Below, in pieces: positions 12,708 through 28,720 of a stretch of 64,000 bases of DNA. The notes below the pieces were generated by a model. That model did not search any database. It worked only from the letters and a program-made list of their open reading frames with translations, and had not been told where the DNA came from. Each line of letters starts with the position of its first letter. Within the stretch, counting starts at the first letter, position 1. The translations under genes were made by a program, and so were the position numbers. This stretch comes from Rotaria socialis (Eukaryota): positions 62,001 to 126,000 of the forward strand of contig CAJNYD010000048.1 of the NCBI GenBank assembly GCA_905331295.1, written 5' to 3'.

Positions 12708-14483
12708 TTATAATATTTCACTTGTATTTGTACTTGAGTTCAGCTTCTTTTGCTGGTTACGACGCTTGCTTAAAATAGACTCGTGCATTGGAGGCCAAAC
12801 GATGGACATTTCTTCTGACGAATAACCAAACTTCTGCTTGACTGCATCTAAAACAAGCCGGATACGGTACAACCGATGAGTATTTATCATTGAAGTTTTT
12901 TCTTACTATAAATGGCTTTGATTCGTAGATCATTATCTGCTTGTTTCACATTAATATTTTGAAAATCTTGCTTGTCTACAAATACTAAATCTATTAAGTT
13001 AAGAGCAAATTTAATTGTATTTTGTTTGGTGCCATGTACTGATAATAGTTCAATTACAGTACCATCACTTCTGGTATATGTCTGAAAAAAATAAGAAACG
13101 AAATAAGAAAGCAGAAATTACTTTTTCATAGTATGAGTTGATAAAAAATTTGATTAGTAAAGTTACATACTGAATCTTGACCGTTATATTGTTCATTATC
13201 GATATTGACAGGTTCATCATCGTTTTCAAGAGCAATTGGAATCTAAACAAAACTGATTTTAGATTCTGGGAATCAACTTACATTCATTTCTCTCACTCTA
13301 TATCTTCTTAAACTTCTCGCAAGTTTTTTTTTGATTGTTACATAAGATTTTAAAAAAATTTTCCTGACGATCCAAAGATAATGTTGCTTGCTGTTGTTGT
13401 TTTAGTAATTTCAATACATTTGCATCAATTTGTTTTACGTGGTTCAGTAATGGTTGTAAATCCATGTGTTGACCTTCACGTGCATCATCATCATTATCAT
13501 TGGTAGAAAATTGTAAACGCTTAGGAATTGGTATCTTTTTTCGTGCTACTGAACGTTTTTTCGAATTAACACCTCCTGTTGGTACCGGTGTAAACTTCAA
13601 TTGTAGATTCTTTCGTGTATCATTTTCTTCTTCAGATGATACGGCTGGTATTACTTCTTCTTAGATATGATCTGAAAATGATGAATCACTATCGCTATTT
13701 GTTTCAGCTAAAAGTTGATATATCAGTTATAATTTACCGAAAAAAAAATATTGACTACCTGATGCAAGAACATTTGAGTCTTTTCTTGTATCCAATATAT
13801 CACACTCAGCAGGTATAAATGATGATGATGACGATGATGATGTGTGAATTGTTTTGTAACTAGTTGATGACATTTCACCTGTTAATTAGAATCGATAATC
13901 GACCCACTCCATAAATTTAAAATAGTCTACTAACCAAATGCAATTTCACGTAAAGATATTTCTTTATGTGATGATACTAAATAAAAAATAAGATCGACAG
14001 AATGAGTAAAAACCTATCATCTAGTTATATTGTTGGTGGTGGTGATTTATTGGTGATTTAACAATTGATGTTGTTGTGGTATATTTTTCCTTTTTTTTTC
14101 CTTGTTCTATTCGCCAATCTTCGCAATCAGATGGAACATCTTTATGCAATTGAGATTGCATTGCTTTCTCTAACAACTGACCGTACCGCTCCATTGGTTC
14201 TTGTGCACCTAAGAATATAATAAAAAAAAATTAAGATTTATTTCAACTGAATAGATTAAAATGTACCTGTTTGTTCAACTCGGACATTATAAGTTTTACC
14301 AAGTTCCTTTATTATACTACACCCATGTTCATCAATATTGACTAAGCGTTTAGATTCGACAATACTGTATTTTGATGGTTCATCGATATAGACAATACAA
14401 GAAAAATTATTTTTCGTTTTTGTTAAACGTTGTGTATGATAGGGTCGTTGGTATACATTTTTTTCTGAAAGTATCTGAAGCAA
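12708..14483 (-). CDS. Multi-exon transposon accessory gene, disordered middle and possible BEN-like C-terminal domain; start position uncertain
   Basis: Several spliced exons lie inside the TIRs, co-oriented with the transposase. The C-terminus TIKFALNLIDLVF...DAVKQKFG..WPPMHESILSKRRN resembles a BEN-like helical domain. Confidence 0.55.
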
Positions 14484-14635
14484 TGAAAAAAGACTATGTT
14501 AATATAAATTTGTTAATCATATCAAATGCATATTATATATCACTTGAAAAATCAAAAAAAGAGAATCATCCAACTGGGTTTACAAACCAAGATTGAATAG
14601 AAGAAGTTTAAATAAAGATGGCCAAATAATTATTT

Positions 14636-17600
14636 TCAATCATGTTCATAATTCACACGTCGTTCACTGATACATTGATGTTGTTGAAATGGAACTGACA
14701 CACATTTGGAAATAATTTTGCTAACTGGAATAGTAACAAATGCATCACTTAGATAATAAATAGGATAAAATGAATTGATCGTTTCTTTCAATTCATCAGG
14801 GATATCAAGATGATCAGAGATTTTAACGACTGTTTGATGATACTGTTGTATAAACGAATAAGGTACATTTTCATACGAATAAAAGGCAATAATATTGCCA
14901 TATTTAATATGTTGAAAATTATCACGATACGATATCAAGTAGCTAGCACATGAAAATCGTTTGCTGTATAAAAAAAGAGTGATATGTTACAAAATTATCT
15001 TTGAAACGTAAGAATAATTTAATCATTGTAAGATATTGTTGTGAATCATTTAATTTTTCTTTAAATACTTGTAGATATTTTGCAAATAAATCGCAATCTA
15101 CTTTTATTTCGTTTACCAGTGATGGTAATTGCAGTTCAAATTGTTTTGTAGATATAGCTGCATCAAGTTCAAGCCAATACATGATTTTTGATCCTAAATT
15201 TTTTGTTCCAAATGCTTTATTTTTAATGTAATGAATCATTGACTCGAAACAAAAAGATGATGTAAAAGCGAGACCACCATGATCTAGAAAAATAAAAAGT
15301 AGTTAGATGATTAAGAATTTGTAAAATCAGAAAATGCTGACTTCATCAGAAAAAAGTGAACTATTTATACAGAGATAGGGACGGAAACGAATAAAGAAAA
15401 TGCTTCAAGAAGCTTCTGCTCTTTTCTTAAGTTGAAAACAAAGACAGAGTACAATCGATTCGTCTTATTGTGTAACTAGAACACATCGAACGACTAAAAT
15501 AAAATATAAAAGTTGAATAAGAACAAGAACAAGAACAAGAACAGCGGATAACTCAAAAAAGTGGACAGAGGAGAACATATGTGCAGACGGTTAGTCGATC
15601 TAGACAAGAAGAACATATGTGTGAATGACTAGTCAAGAGAGACAATAAGGAGAATATATGAGAAGAAGAAAAAGAATGATAAATAAAGTCACCAACAGAT
15701 ATGATCATCGAGGAATATTGTGTGACAACAATTAATTGTTGTTCAGATTCAAATATAATCGAAATAAGAAAATAACTAACATGACATTATAATTATTACT
15801 TGTTATTAGTCATGAAGGGCAGGTTTTTATCATTGAGTTAGTTTTTAAGATGACTTCCATTTTTTAAATTCTTTATTTACAGTAATGAAGTTTCGACTTC
15901 AATAAAGCCTTCTTCATACATTAGTGAGGTGCGTATGATGAACAACAGATGATCTATGTACCTACTTACACCTTACTTCTGTCTTGTTCTTTTTGTCTTT
16001 CTTTTGGATAATGGATCGAAAACAAGACGACTATACTAAATGATGATTGATGAAATCTCTTTCAATCCACTGTGAAAAATAAGAAGAAGAAAAAGAAAGA
16101 TAAGCTGTGACTAAGCACACATGTCATCTGTTGTTCGCTGTACATATCTCATAAATGCCTGACGAAGATTTTATTAAAGTTGAAACATACCACTTTTCTG
16201 AATAAAGAATAAAAAAAGTTGATGGCCTATTTTAATAAGTAGTGCTAAAATCAACATTACTTAGAACTTGTGCTGGTAAATGAAGATGTGCATGTAAAGA
16301 GTATAATTCAATTTTCGGATCATAAACTGTTGATGAAGTTTGGCAGTAATAATGGATCAGTTTATCAGCCAATTTGATTTCTTCTAATGTTTTCGGGCAA
16401 TGTAATATTTTCACGAACATACAGTAAATAGAAAAATGCGATGAATATAGAGTTGGTAAGTATTGAATCATTATTGGTAGACCTACATTCAAAATAAATA
16501 GCCTGGTATGTTTTGCTTTCCAATCGTGAATTGATTGAATTGAATAATTGAACTTCACATGACAATCATGTTGAAGTCTAATGGACGACAACATTGAATC
16601 GACTTCAGCAATAGCATCTTTCGATAGAACTTCAGTAAACCGTTTAATTAATGCTGGTACACGATGCAGACAAACTAAATGCATGTAATCATATATAATA
16701 TCTACTGGATAATGAAAAAGTTTTAATAATGATGATATGCCCTTGATGCCAGCAATTGGCGTGCAACGTTTACCACCACTAGCTAATTTTACTTCTACTT
16801 CCTTAGCTGTGGCTGTAAATTGACTATGAGTTCTTGAATAGAAATTGTTGTTTTTATATGGATAAATAACTTGTCTATTATATAAAACTCCTAAGTTAAA
16901 AAAACGAATAGCATGATTATCATTCAACAGTCTGTAACATGTCTAGATAGAATAAATACCTTCTGTCATGCAATTAGTACAAGCGAAATAGCCATTAAAG
17001 TTGATTGTTTTCATGAAAAGAGCTTTTGCTGGTAAATCCGAGACAAAAAATTGTGTTTTAACATTTATTTTGAATTCATGTTCATCAATAAATATCGACG
17101 TACCATTGTGGGACAAATCACTTAATTGTTTGATAATATCATCTAAAAACAAATTAACATTCGGCTTAATACACGATATCCATAACCCTAATGTTAAAAT
17201 ATTTGTTTGGTATTCTCTGACCGGGGGAGGTAATTCGACGATCGAGCTGAAGCATGGCCAAACTGCTGACTTGGATGATCGAATTAGTGGCGCTCCATCT
17301 GCATGTATATTTAAAGTAATTGGATAGACTATGCTTTTTGTTTTCGATTGATAACGATTACCACTAGGAATATCGAATGATGGAAAAAGTTCATCATGAC
17401 CAGTAAATAAAGAGAAATTTCTGCGAACAATTGATTGTAATTTTTCTCTAAGGTCCAGAGTAGTTACCTCTGTAGCTTGTCTTTTAGATAGCTGTGAATC
17501 AGATAAAGTACAACTTGAATTAGTACAATATTGTTGATTGTTTTTTGTTGTTGTTAATGCCCAGCAATTGTTGCAATAAAGCTTTGCAATAAATGAAGGA

Positions 17601-18076
17601 GTTTTACCAAATACATTTAATATCTGTCGAAATGTTGTCGGCAGTTTGTTTGGTGATGGTAAGATAGATTTAATTAGACACATCAATGTAACTACTTTCT
17701 TTTTATCAAAATTAGAATTAATACAAAACTTCATTAAGCGTCCAACAGCTTCACCTGTTGAAACAGGTGATTGTTCGTATAATGAAAATGTATTGTTGTG
17801 CTGAAATAAAGTATCGTCATTCATACTAATATTATCGTCATTATCCGGAAGATAACGATTTTCACCATAATCATCATTTTGAAATTGATTTAATGGTGAT
17901 ATTATGGATTCATCATCTGACAATTCAAAATAAATATCATCCAGTTTATCAACTGTTGAATTAGAACTACAGTCAGAATCACTATTAACAGTCTGTTCAT
18001 ACTGTTCTTTTTGCTTGTCTCTGTGCAACCGTTGATGTAGCACTCTTTTTGTATAGATTTGATTAGTATTCGACAT
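14636..18076 (-). pseudogene. EnSpm/CACTA-type transposase, 3 exons (18076-16960, 16890-16261, 15283-14636), one frameshift
   Basis: Motifs YCNNC, DGAPLIRSSKSAVWP, DLPAKA..NFNGYFACTNC, DYMHLVCL, WKAK, LHAHLHL, HGGL..TSSFCFES. A single extra base in a T homopolymer near 14970 shifts YHSF/LYSKRFSC. Confidence 0.88.
15860..16215. ncRNA. Two inverted, degenerate minimal hammerhead-ribozyme-like units (Penelope pLTR-like) in transposase intron 2
   Basis: Plus strand 16159-16186: CTGACGA-A-GATTTT-ATT-AAAGTT-GAAAC. Minus strand 15917-15890: ATGAAGA-A-GGCTTT-ATT-GAAGTC-GAAAC. Both are preceded by TCATCTGTTGTTC and followed by AATAAAGAAT. Confidence 0.5.
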
Positions 18077-21000
18077 ATTAAATGAAGGAACTTAGTATAA
18101 CCAACATGAATCTAAAATGCAAAAAGAAAATAGCAAAGTAGCTCAAAAGAAAATGAAAAACTCTAATAGGTTTAATAAAGGTTAACGATTGCATCTAAGA
18201 AAATGTACAACAGAACTCCTGGCTTGATAAACCATTTACAAAAGCCAGATGGTACAAAATAGTAGCTGATTTGCATTGAAAAAAAACTGCCAGCCTTTTG
18301 CACAGTTATTCTTGCATAAAAAATCAACCTATCACTTCCGAAATTAGTCTAAGATATTCAATATACACTAGACATTGAAATTAAATACTAAAATCATGAT
18401 ATGGCAAATACTATATAAACAACAATAGATCAGTATGTTTTGTTATCGTTGGTTGCAGTCGCTTGGCCAATTGAAATTCAATCCGAAAGTTCTATCATAC
18501 GCTATGTTATGGAAAATTTTAAAATACTTTGATACTCAAAAACAGCTAAGAATTCCATTTTTTTCTGCAATCAATTATATTATGTGATAAAAATCTTATC
18601 GCTTCAAACTAATATACAATATTCTTAAATTATTGTGAAAGCGACGATCAGCTGCAATTAATCGTCAATATTCAAAAAATCGCCGATTTATTGCGATTAA
18701 TCGCAAATAGTCAATATCCAAATAATCGCTGATTTATCACGATCAATCGCAAATAGTCAATATGGAAATAATCGCCGATCTATCGCGATTAATCGCAACC
18801 AATCGAAGTTTTTTCGATTAGAATCGCGATTAATCGTTGGTTTCTTCGATAATCGCGATCTATCACCAAAACCTAAGCGATTTTGACGACATGAGTTCAA
18901 GCTTCAAGTTTCACGTTTCAAGTTTCAATTTCTCGAAATGCGGTTTTCGTAACTCAATATCTCAAGAAGTATTCATTCAACACAATTGAAATTTTCTACA
19001 GAATTACATACCACTAAGGTCCATACCCTAAATCAAGTTGAGCTTTAACAATTGTACTCTTGCCATTCTTCGCATCTCACGGATGCAGCTAAAATTCACA
19101 CTTTTGCCAATATTTGTCACTTCAGTTCTCCTCACTGCATGACACCATCCGTCTGAAACTTACTCCAAAAACACGTCTTGGCGGCACATTGCATATTCAG
19201 AGTTTCCCGTATTTTATGAAAATTTAACGCAAACTAACGCCGGTGAATGGTGTGGGTGCCACGACAGGCTGAAAACAACATCAACACACATACATAACAT
19301 CTCAAATGTGGGTGCCGCGAAAGGCTGAAAAAACCGACTTGAAAGTTGAAAGTTGAAATTTCAGTTGAATTCAGCGTTCAAGTTCGACACTACTGCAATG
19401 ACCATACACACACAGAAACCGCACTAGACAGTTACGCATTCTTCCTGATAACATGCAACTCTAAATTCATGAATCAATTGAATTACAAAATTTATATTTA
19501 GGATAAATTTCGAACTTTTTCTTTTGCTTGTGCGCAATAGGATTTTCGGAAATTTTCATTTATATTCGAACTCGAATTAGACAGCTACTCAATTAAACGC
19601 TAACCACAAACGACTGTCTGATATCACAGTAAACGGTCGTTTACGATGACTAGCTGTTCGCTTAAAGTGTAGTAGCATTTTTTAGATTGTAGCATGAAAA
19701 AGTCGAATAATCTTGTGAAATCTGTGGTCGGAAATTCCACTACTTTTTAATGTCACTTTGATTATCCACCATACAGAGATGCTGCCAATTTTTTCTACTT
19801 TTTAAAGGCTCACGAAATCATTGAAGTCAGATATTTTTTCTAAGTTTTAGTCATAAGGAACATACAATTAGAAAAAACGAATAAATCATAATTCATCCAC
19901 AACTTCCTGTTACTCAGAATCATAAGCTGGATAAGCATGTTACGTCAAGCATATCCTCTACTTGAAACTTATATGGTAAACATGAAAAAATCATAGAAAC
20001 ACCAAGAAATATTGCCTGAACTGATAAATAATTGTCAATGTTACAGCACAAAAGTGATGCAAGGCTTGGCTACTATATTGAACAACATTAAAGCTTACTC
20101 TCTATCAACATAATTATATAAAAAATTTATTCAGAAAGCAAAACTATATACTCCACAATAATCTGAGAGCTCCTTTATTATTTCTATGATTTCTGCTTCT
20201 GATTTCTGACACATTTTCCGGATTCTTCAGTCTTTCATCATTTATCAAAAGAAGTTTCATGAATCATCTGTTTCCATCTTTAATAAAGCATCTGCGACAA
20301 AGTCAATCACTTACGGATCACTTTTACTCAAAAATCCAAAAGCAGGATTTCAGCATCTAAAACATTATGGGTAAGGACAGAAGACATGACGTGCCCTCGT
20401 TTTAACTGAATATTACCAAGTCCACGAAATTATTTCTCAACCTCCGTGACTTTTCAAATTCATCTACATCAAGTTACTTCTCCTTCAATTCGATGCCACT
20501 AAGTATCTGAAGTTCTTCAAAGCCGGCTCCTATCGAAAACCAGACTTTGAGCGAAAATTATTTCAGCATCAAATCATTTTTTACGGTTTAAGCTGCAAAT
20601 CAAAATCTGCAACTGCCTGAATATACGAAATTTCACAAATTCTATACATATTCATTCGAAGCAGCAGAGCTCATAGATTTCATATGATATCAAGAAGCCT
20701 TATGTCCCAAAGATCCAGATATTGCAGCATTTTCCGCATTAAATCGAACAAAATGATCGTTTTTCCTTAAAACCAAGTTCAACCTTGAAGTCGACATTTG
20801 CTCAACGTAATCCTATATCGAATTCCTGTTGAACTCTACACCATAAATCCGCTAAAATAATGAAAAAACAATCTTTAAAGGTATAGCTACGATCGAAAAG
20901 ATCGAATTTCCCATCAAACATGAGGGAAATTTTAGTGATTCTCCTAATATTTTTCAGCGATTTCCATGCGTGCTATTACTTTTATTACCCTATATCAGAT

Positions 21001-22368
21001 GTTTAGTATTTTTTCTCATGATCTTCACTAATCCTCCTTTCAAAAGGTGATTTTTGCAAGATTTCTTTGATGCTTTTTGTATTTTTCAGATTTCTCACGG
21101 TCCCTGGAGCAGGATACGCGGAAAGTCATATGGAGTTTACTTTAGATGCGAGCGAGCATGTTAGGTTATAAAGAGTGCTCCGACAAGATCTGCTGGAAGT
21201 ATGAGTTCTCTTATTTTTGTGTGATTTTGAGTAGGTTTTTTTGGCTGCTTGCATTTGGTTAGAGTGATTCCTATGGAAATGTAGTAGAATTGATGTCTGT
21301 AGTGTGCGCACTATTGATCAGTGGGGTTTAGGAATGTCTTTTTTTTCTTCAGAATTACGGCCGTATACGGTCGTTCACGATGTTGGTACGGTCGTTTACG
21401 TTGCAGTGTTTGGTCGTTTCCTGCTTATGATACGATCGGACACGGGTTCGAAACGGTTGGTGTGTACTACCGTACACAACACGGTGATATACGGCCCGTA
21501 TACGTCATCGTAAACGGCCATATCTAGTCGTCGTAATGCTCGACCTGGGAACATACCTGATCGTACCTAAAATCTAATACATGATTTGATTGTAATTTAT
21601 AGCATGAAAAAGTTTCTAAATATTGAAGAATACATTCAGACTAGCACATGCTGGAAACAAAATCATTGTCTGTATCTGCAAATGTATTGCAAAGTTCTTA
21701 AGGAATATTATATACAATTTCCTAGCTTATGAGAATATAGTTTTGAGTATACTCATGATATTTAACATTGTTTTTCGACTAATAGAGGTCACTGAACGCA
21801 TCAATTTTGCTCAAGCTATGAATCATACGAAAACATCTACCTTTTTTTTATCGTTCTGCAATGTCGGTTTTGTTTTTCGACTTAGCTGCAATGTGCGACA
21901 GTATTTTAGTATCATAAACATTTTCTTTGGGTTTTTATTAAGATTTTTAAATACAACAAACACGTAGGATTATTGTGCACAAAAACTCTTTCGTGTCATG
22001 TTCCTAATGCTTCAAATCGATACATATTTTAATATTTGATTTCTCTTAGGCTTGATTAAGATATTGAAAGCTATTCAGGATACTATTTTTTTATTATTTC
22101 GGATAAGAATATCTTTACAATTCATCGAACTTTCTCATATGTAACTTGTGAGTAAGAACTCAAATAATGTAAACAATCACTCGCAAAACATTCACTTCTC
22201 TCATGATTGAGTCAGTTGTCGAGAAAATTCCGTTTAATAATCCATGTTGACGAAAAATTTTGTTTTTCTTGTGAAATTCAGTAACTTGGAATTTCCTTTT
22301 ACCCACTGTTTTGTATTTCCCGTTTTTATTATTCTTATTATTTTCTTATAGACGCCAGCACGCAAAAA

Positions 22369-23708
22369 ATGACACAAAACAGTAATCTACTGACTGAAAT
22401 ATGGAACGAATTATCTAATGCTATTGACCAAATGTTTCAAGATAACCGTCTAAGTCAAAGCGATTATTCGAATATTAACAAGTCTGTTTTTATCTTTAAA
22501 TGAACATTTAAATGAAACTCATTTCAAATACATATTATAGGGGTGTGGCGAATTATTTTAAAAGTTCTGAATATAACGAATTATTTTTGCAACAATCTTC
22601 AAACAAGACTACCACTAATAATAAACAAACTGAAGATAGCGATGCAGCTGACCCCGGTGACCTTGAAACGAGCATCCCTGGTGGTCAGATGTACTTTCTT
22701 CTAAAGAAAAAGCTCAAAGAAAGTCTTCAAAAGATAGCCAAGGTGAATAAAAATTTCAATAAATATACATGAACTAGCATCAATTACTTAATTAGCTGTT
22801 TAATTTCAATTTTTACCTGTAAATTAGAAGAAGCGAATTGTCACAGAATGAATATAATCGCAGTTTTTTGTTTGTTTGAAAGTCTCTATAATTGATTTGT
22901 TACTAAAGGACAAGAGTGATTTAAGCGGTGAAGATGTTTTTGGATTTTATGCTAAAACTTGGCAGTCCTATAAATCAATAAGTGGAATTGTGAATTGTAT
23001 ATGCCATCATGTGAATTCCCATTTCGTTAATAATCAACAGAACCTGAATCGTAAAGATATTGTCTACATTTATGTTGTAAGTTTACAAAGTAAATTTTCT
23101 CTCTCATAGACTATATATTAAAACAATTTATTTAGATGGCCATGAGAATATGGCATTTGGTATTTTTTGATCCATTGAATAGACAAGTAACATTAGCATG
23201 TCTTCAATTGATCAAAGCTAAACGTCAAAATGAAGCCATCAATACCCGACTGATTAGTGGAGTTATACAAAGCTATGGTAAAGATTGATAGGAAAAAAAA
23301 CTATCTTTTATTTTTCAAATCCATTTTAAATATGTCTAGTTGAACTTGGTTTCGCCGAGAACTCATCTCTACAAAGTTCAAATCAACAAATAACATCGCC
23401 GACATTGAAGATCTACAAAGATTTCTTTGAAGCACCATTTCTTCAAGATACAGAACAATTTTATCGTCTTGAAGCAGCTAGTTTTCTCGTGCATAATTCT
23501 GTTACTGAATATCTAAAAAAGGTTTCATCATTTTTCGAAAATCACTAACATACGTAACAGTATTCTCTAATAGGTAGCTCAACGTCTTGATGAAGAAGTT
23601 CATCGTGTACAATCCTATTTACATCCATCAACATTGGCAGCATTGATTAAAAAAGTTGAAGAAGTACTTATTCGTGATCAACTTGAAGTAATTTATACTG
23701 AAGCAAAG
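22369..23708 (+). CDS. Divergent cullin-1-like paralogue, 5' part (runs into the assembly gap)
   Basis: Spliced exons read MTQNSNLLTEIWNELSNAIDQMF.., GGQMYFLLKKKL, FYAKTWQSYK..CHHVNSHFV, IWHLVFFDPL..INTRLISGVIQSY, FEAPFLQDTEQFY, QRLDEEVHRVQSYLHPST. Confidence 0.88.
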
Positions 23709-23967
23709 NNNNNNNNNNNNNNNNNNNNNNNNNNNNNNNNNNNNNNNNNNNNNNNNNNNNNNNNNNNNNNNNNNNNNNNNNNNNNNNNNNNNNNNNNNNN
23801 NNNNNNNNNNNNNNNNNNNNNNNNNNNNNNNNNNNNNNNNNNNNNNNNNNNNNNNNNNNNNNNNNNNNNNNNNNNNNNNNNNNNNNNNNNNNNNNNNNNN
23901 NNNNNNNNNNNNNNNNNNNNNNNNNNNNNNNNNNNNNNNNNNNNNNNNNNNNNNNNNNNNNNNNNNN
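23709..23967. other. Scaffold gap (259 N)
   Basis: Run of N. Single Ns also occur at 36521, 37384 and 43410. Confidence 1.
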
Positions 23968-27555
<3,588 letters not shown>

Positions 27556-28029
27556 CGCTCCGTGATACAATGTGTCTATGTGAATAATCGAAAAGTTATG
27601 TGTCATGTGCGATAGAAATATTGTGAAAGAACAATGAAATAATAATTGACAAAGAGTCTTTGTTAAAGACTCTATTTTTCTCCACTATTGTACACACCTT
27701 ATTCGATTGAACAATATGTTGACACGACGAAAACAATTTTCAAAGTTGATTTCCAAAAATGAATTTTTGTTTATTTTGTACTTCTGACGATGCGCATACA
27801 CTCCATTACAGTGATCATCAGTAGCGAAGGAGATTTTTGATTGGTGCACACATTCTCTCTATAAACATGCGATAAATGCAAAAGATGTCTCTCTATTACG
27901 AATAGAGAGAAAATATTAGCTTACAGCAAGTTTTGTTTTATTTTAAAAAAACTCAAACGGCAAAATAAAGGTCACGAATACATCGAATAAGGTTTTCTAG
28001 GGGTCTATCACCAAACTTTTTTCGCCACA

Positions 28030-28720
28030 TGAATTATGTCAAATAAATGGAAAGAAGACTGTTGTATTGACCATTTGCTGTTTTCTTTCTTTTGATACAC
28101 ATGCACATGTGCTCCAGGATCAATAAAATGTAACAAATGATTAACAGTTTGATGCTGATAACCATTTCGGTCTGCCCCGAGATGTTATTGTAAACAGTCC
28201 ATTGATCACCGAGGATGGTCGTACCTGGTAAAATAAACTCATGGCTGATTGGTAGGAGAGTATTGACAGTCCGCTTTTCCATAGGAACAGCAAAGCATTC
28301 TCTAGTAGTACGATCTATTCCACCAAATACCTATTGAGCATTCACAAAACGACTATAAAAGAGAGGAGAGAGAGATATTTTAACTATGAAAGAGTTTTAT
28401 ATTCACCCTTTGTTATATTGACACTTGGTCCAAGCACTTTCGCCTGTGTCGACAATATGTCCGGGACCACAAATTGTCGACAGATACGTCTCAAAGAAAA
28501 ATTTCCAGTAGAAAATCGCGGAGCCATCCTTCAATCTACAATGCTGTTCCGGTTGGTGTGACCTTTGCCACGAGACTCGTTTAAAGTTACTGGAACTAAC
28601 CCCACCAACTGCCAAAAACTAATCATATTTCAAGTCCATCGGTTAATTTCATCTACAAGGTTTATGAGCTCGTCGAGTGGTAGTAAATGAGAATAAGCCA
28701 TTAGCCAGAGAAAAAAATTG
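28030..28720 (-). mobile_element. Decayed Merlin/IS1595 (ISXO2-like) transposase fragment
   Basis: ICGPGHIVDTGESAWTKCQYNKG resembles the family motif IGGPG..VEIDES..KRKYNRG. Also VFGGIDRTTRECF, TLLPISHEFILPGTTILGDQW..Y and HQTVNH..HFIDP. Contains frameshifts. Confidence 0.8.

Larger units (their letters stand above)
12113..18895 (-). mobile_element. Full-length CMC/EnSpm (CACTA-like) DNA transposon with transposase and accessory gene
   Basis: TIR CCCATGTCGTGAAAATCGCT versus reverse complement CTCATGTCGTCAAAATCGCT, with a TT 2-bp TSD on both sides. AATCGCGATT-like subterminal repeats at 12120-12270 and 18640-18860. Two internal minus-strand genes. Confidence 0.88.
12079..19389. mobile_element. 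Middle inverted-repeat element (about 0.5 kb once the inner insertion is removed)
   Basis: TGTCGAACTTGAAATTTGAATTCCACTGA (12079) is the imperfect reverse complement of TCAGTTGAATTCAGCGTTCAAGTTCGACA (ends 19389). TTTCAAG/TTGAAAG subterminal heptamers rejoin when 12113-18895 is removed. Confidence 0.6.
11386..21549. mobile_element. Outer non-autonomous CMC/EnSpm-type element, interrupted by nested insertions
   Basis: TIR CCCAGGTCGA (11386) ... TCGACCTGGG (21549), flanked by AA on both sides. CGTAAACG-like subterminal repeats occur at both ends, and there is an internal inverted repeat 11570-11703 versus ~19478-19580. Confidence 0.6.

Noticed and set aside
18640..18860. Regularly recurring AATCGCGATT-like repeats, superficially array- or CRISPR-like
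   Set aside because: These are EnSpm subterminal repeats mirrored at 12120-12270. There are no unique spacers or cas genes, and the context is eukaryotic.
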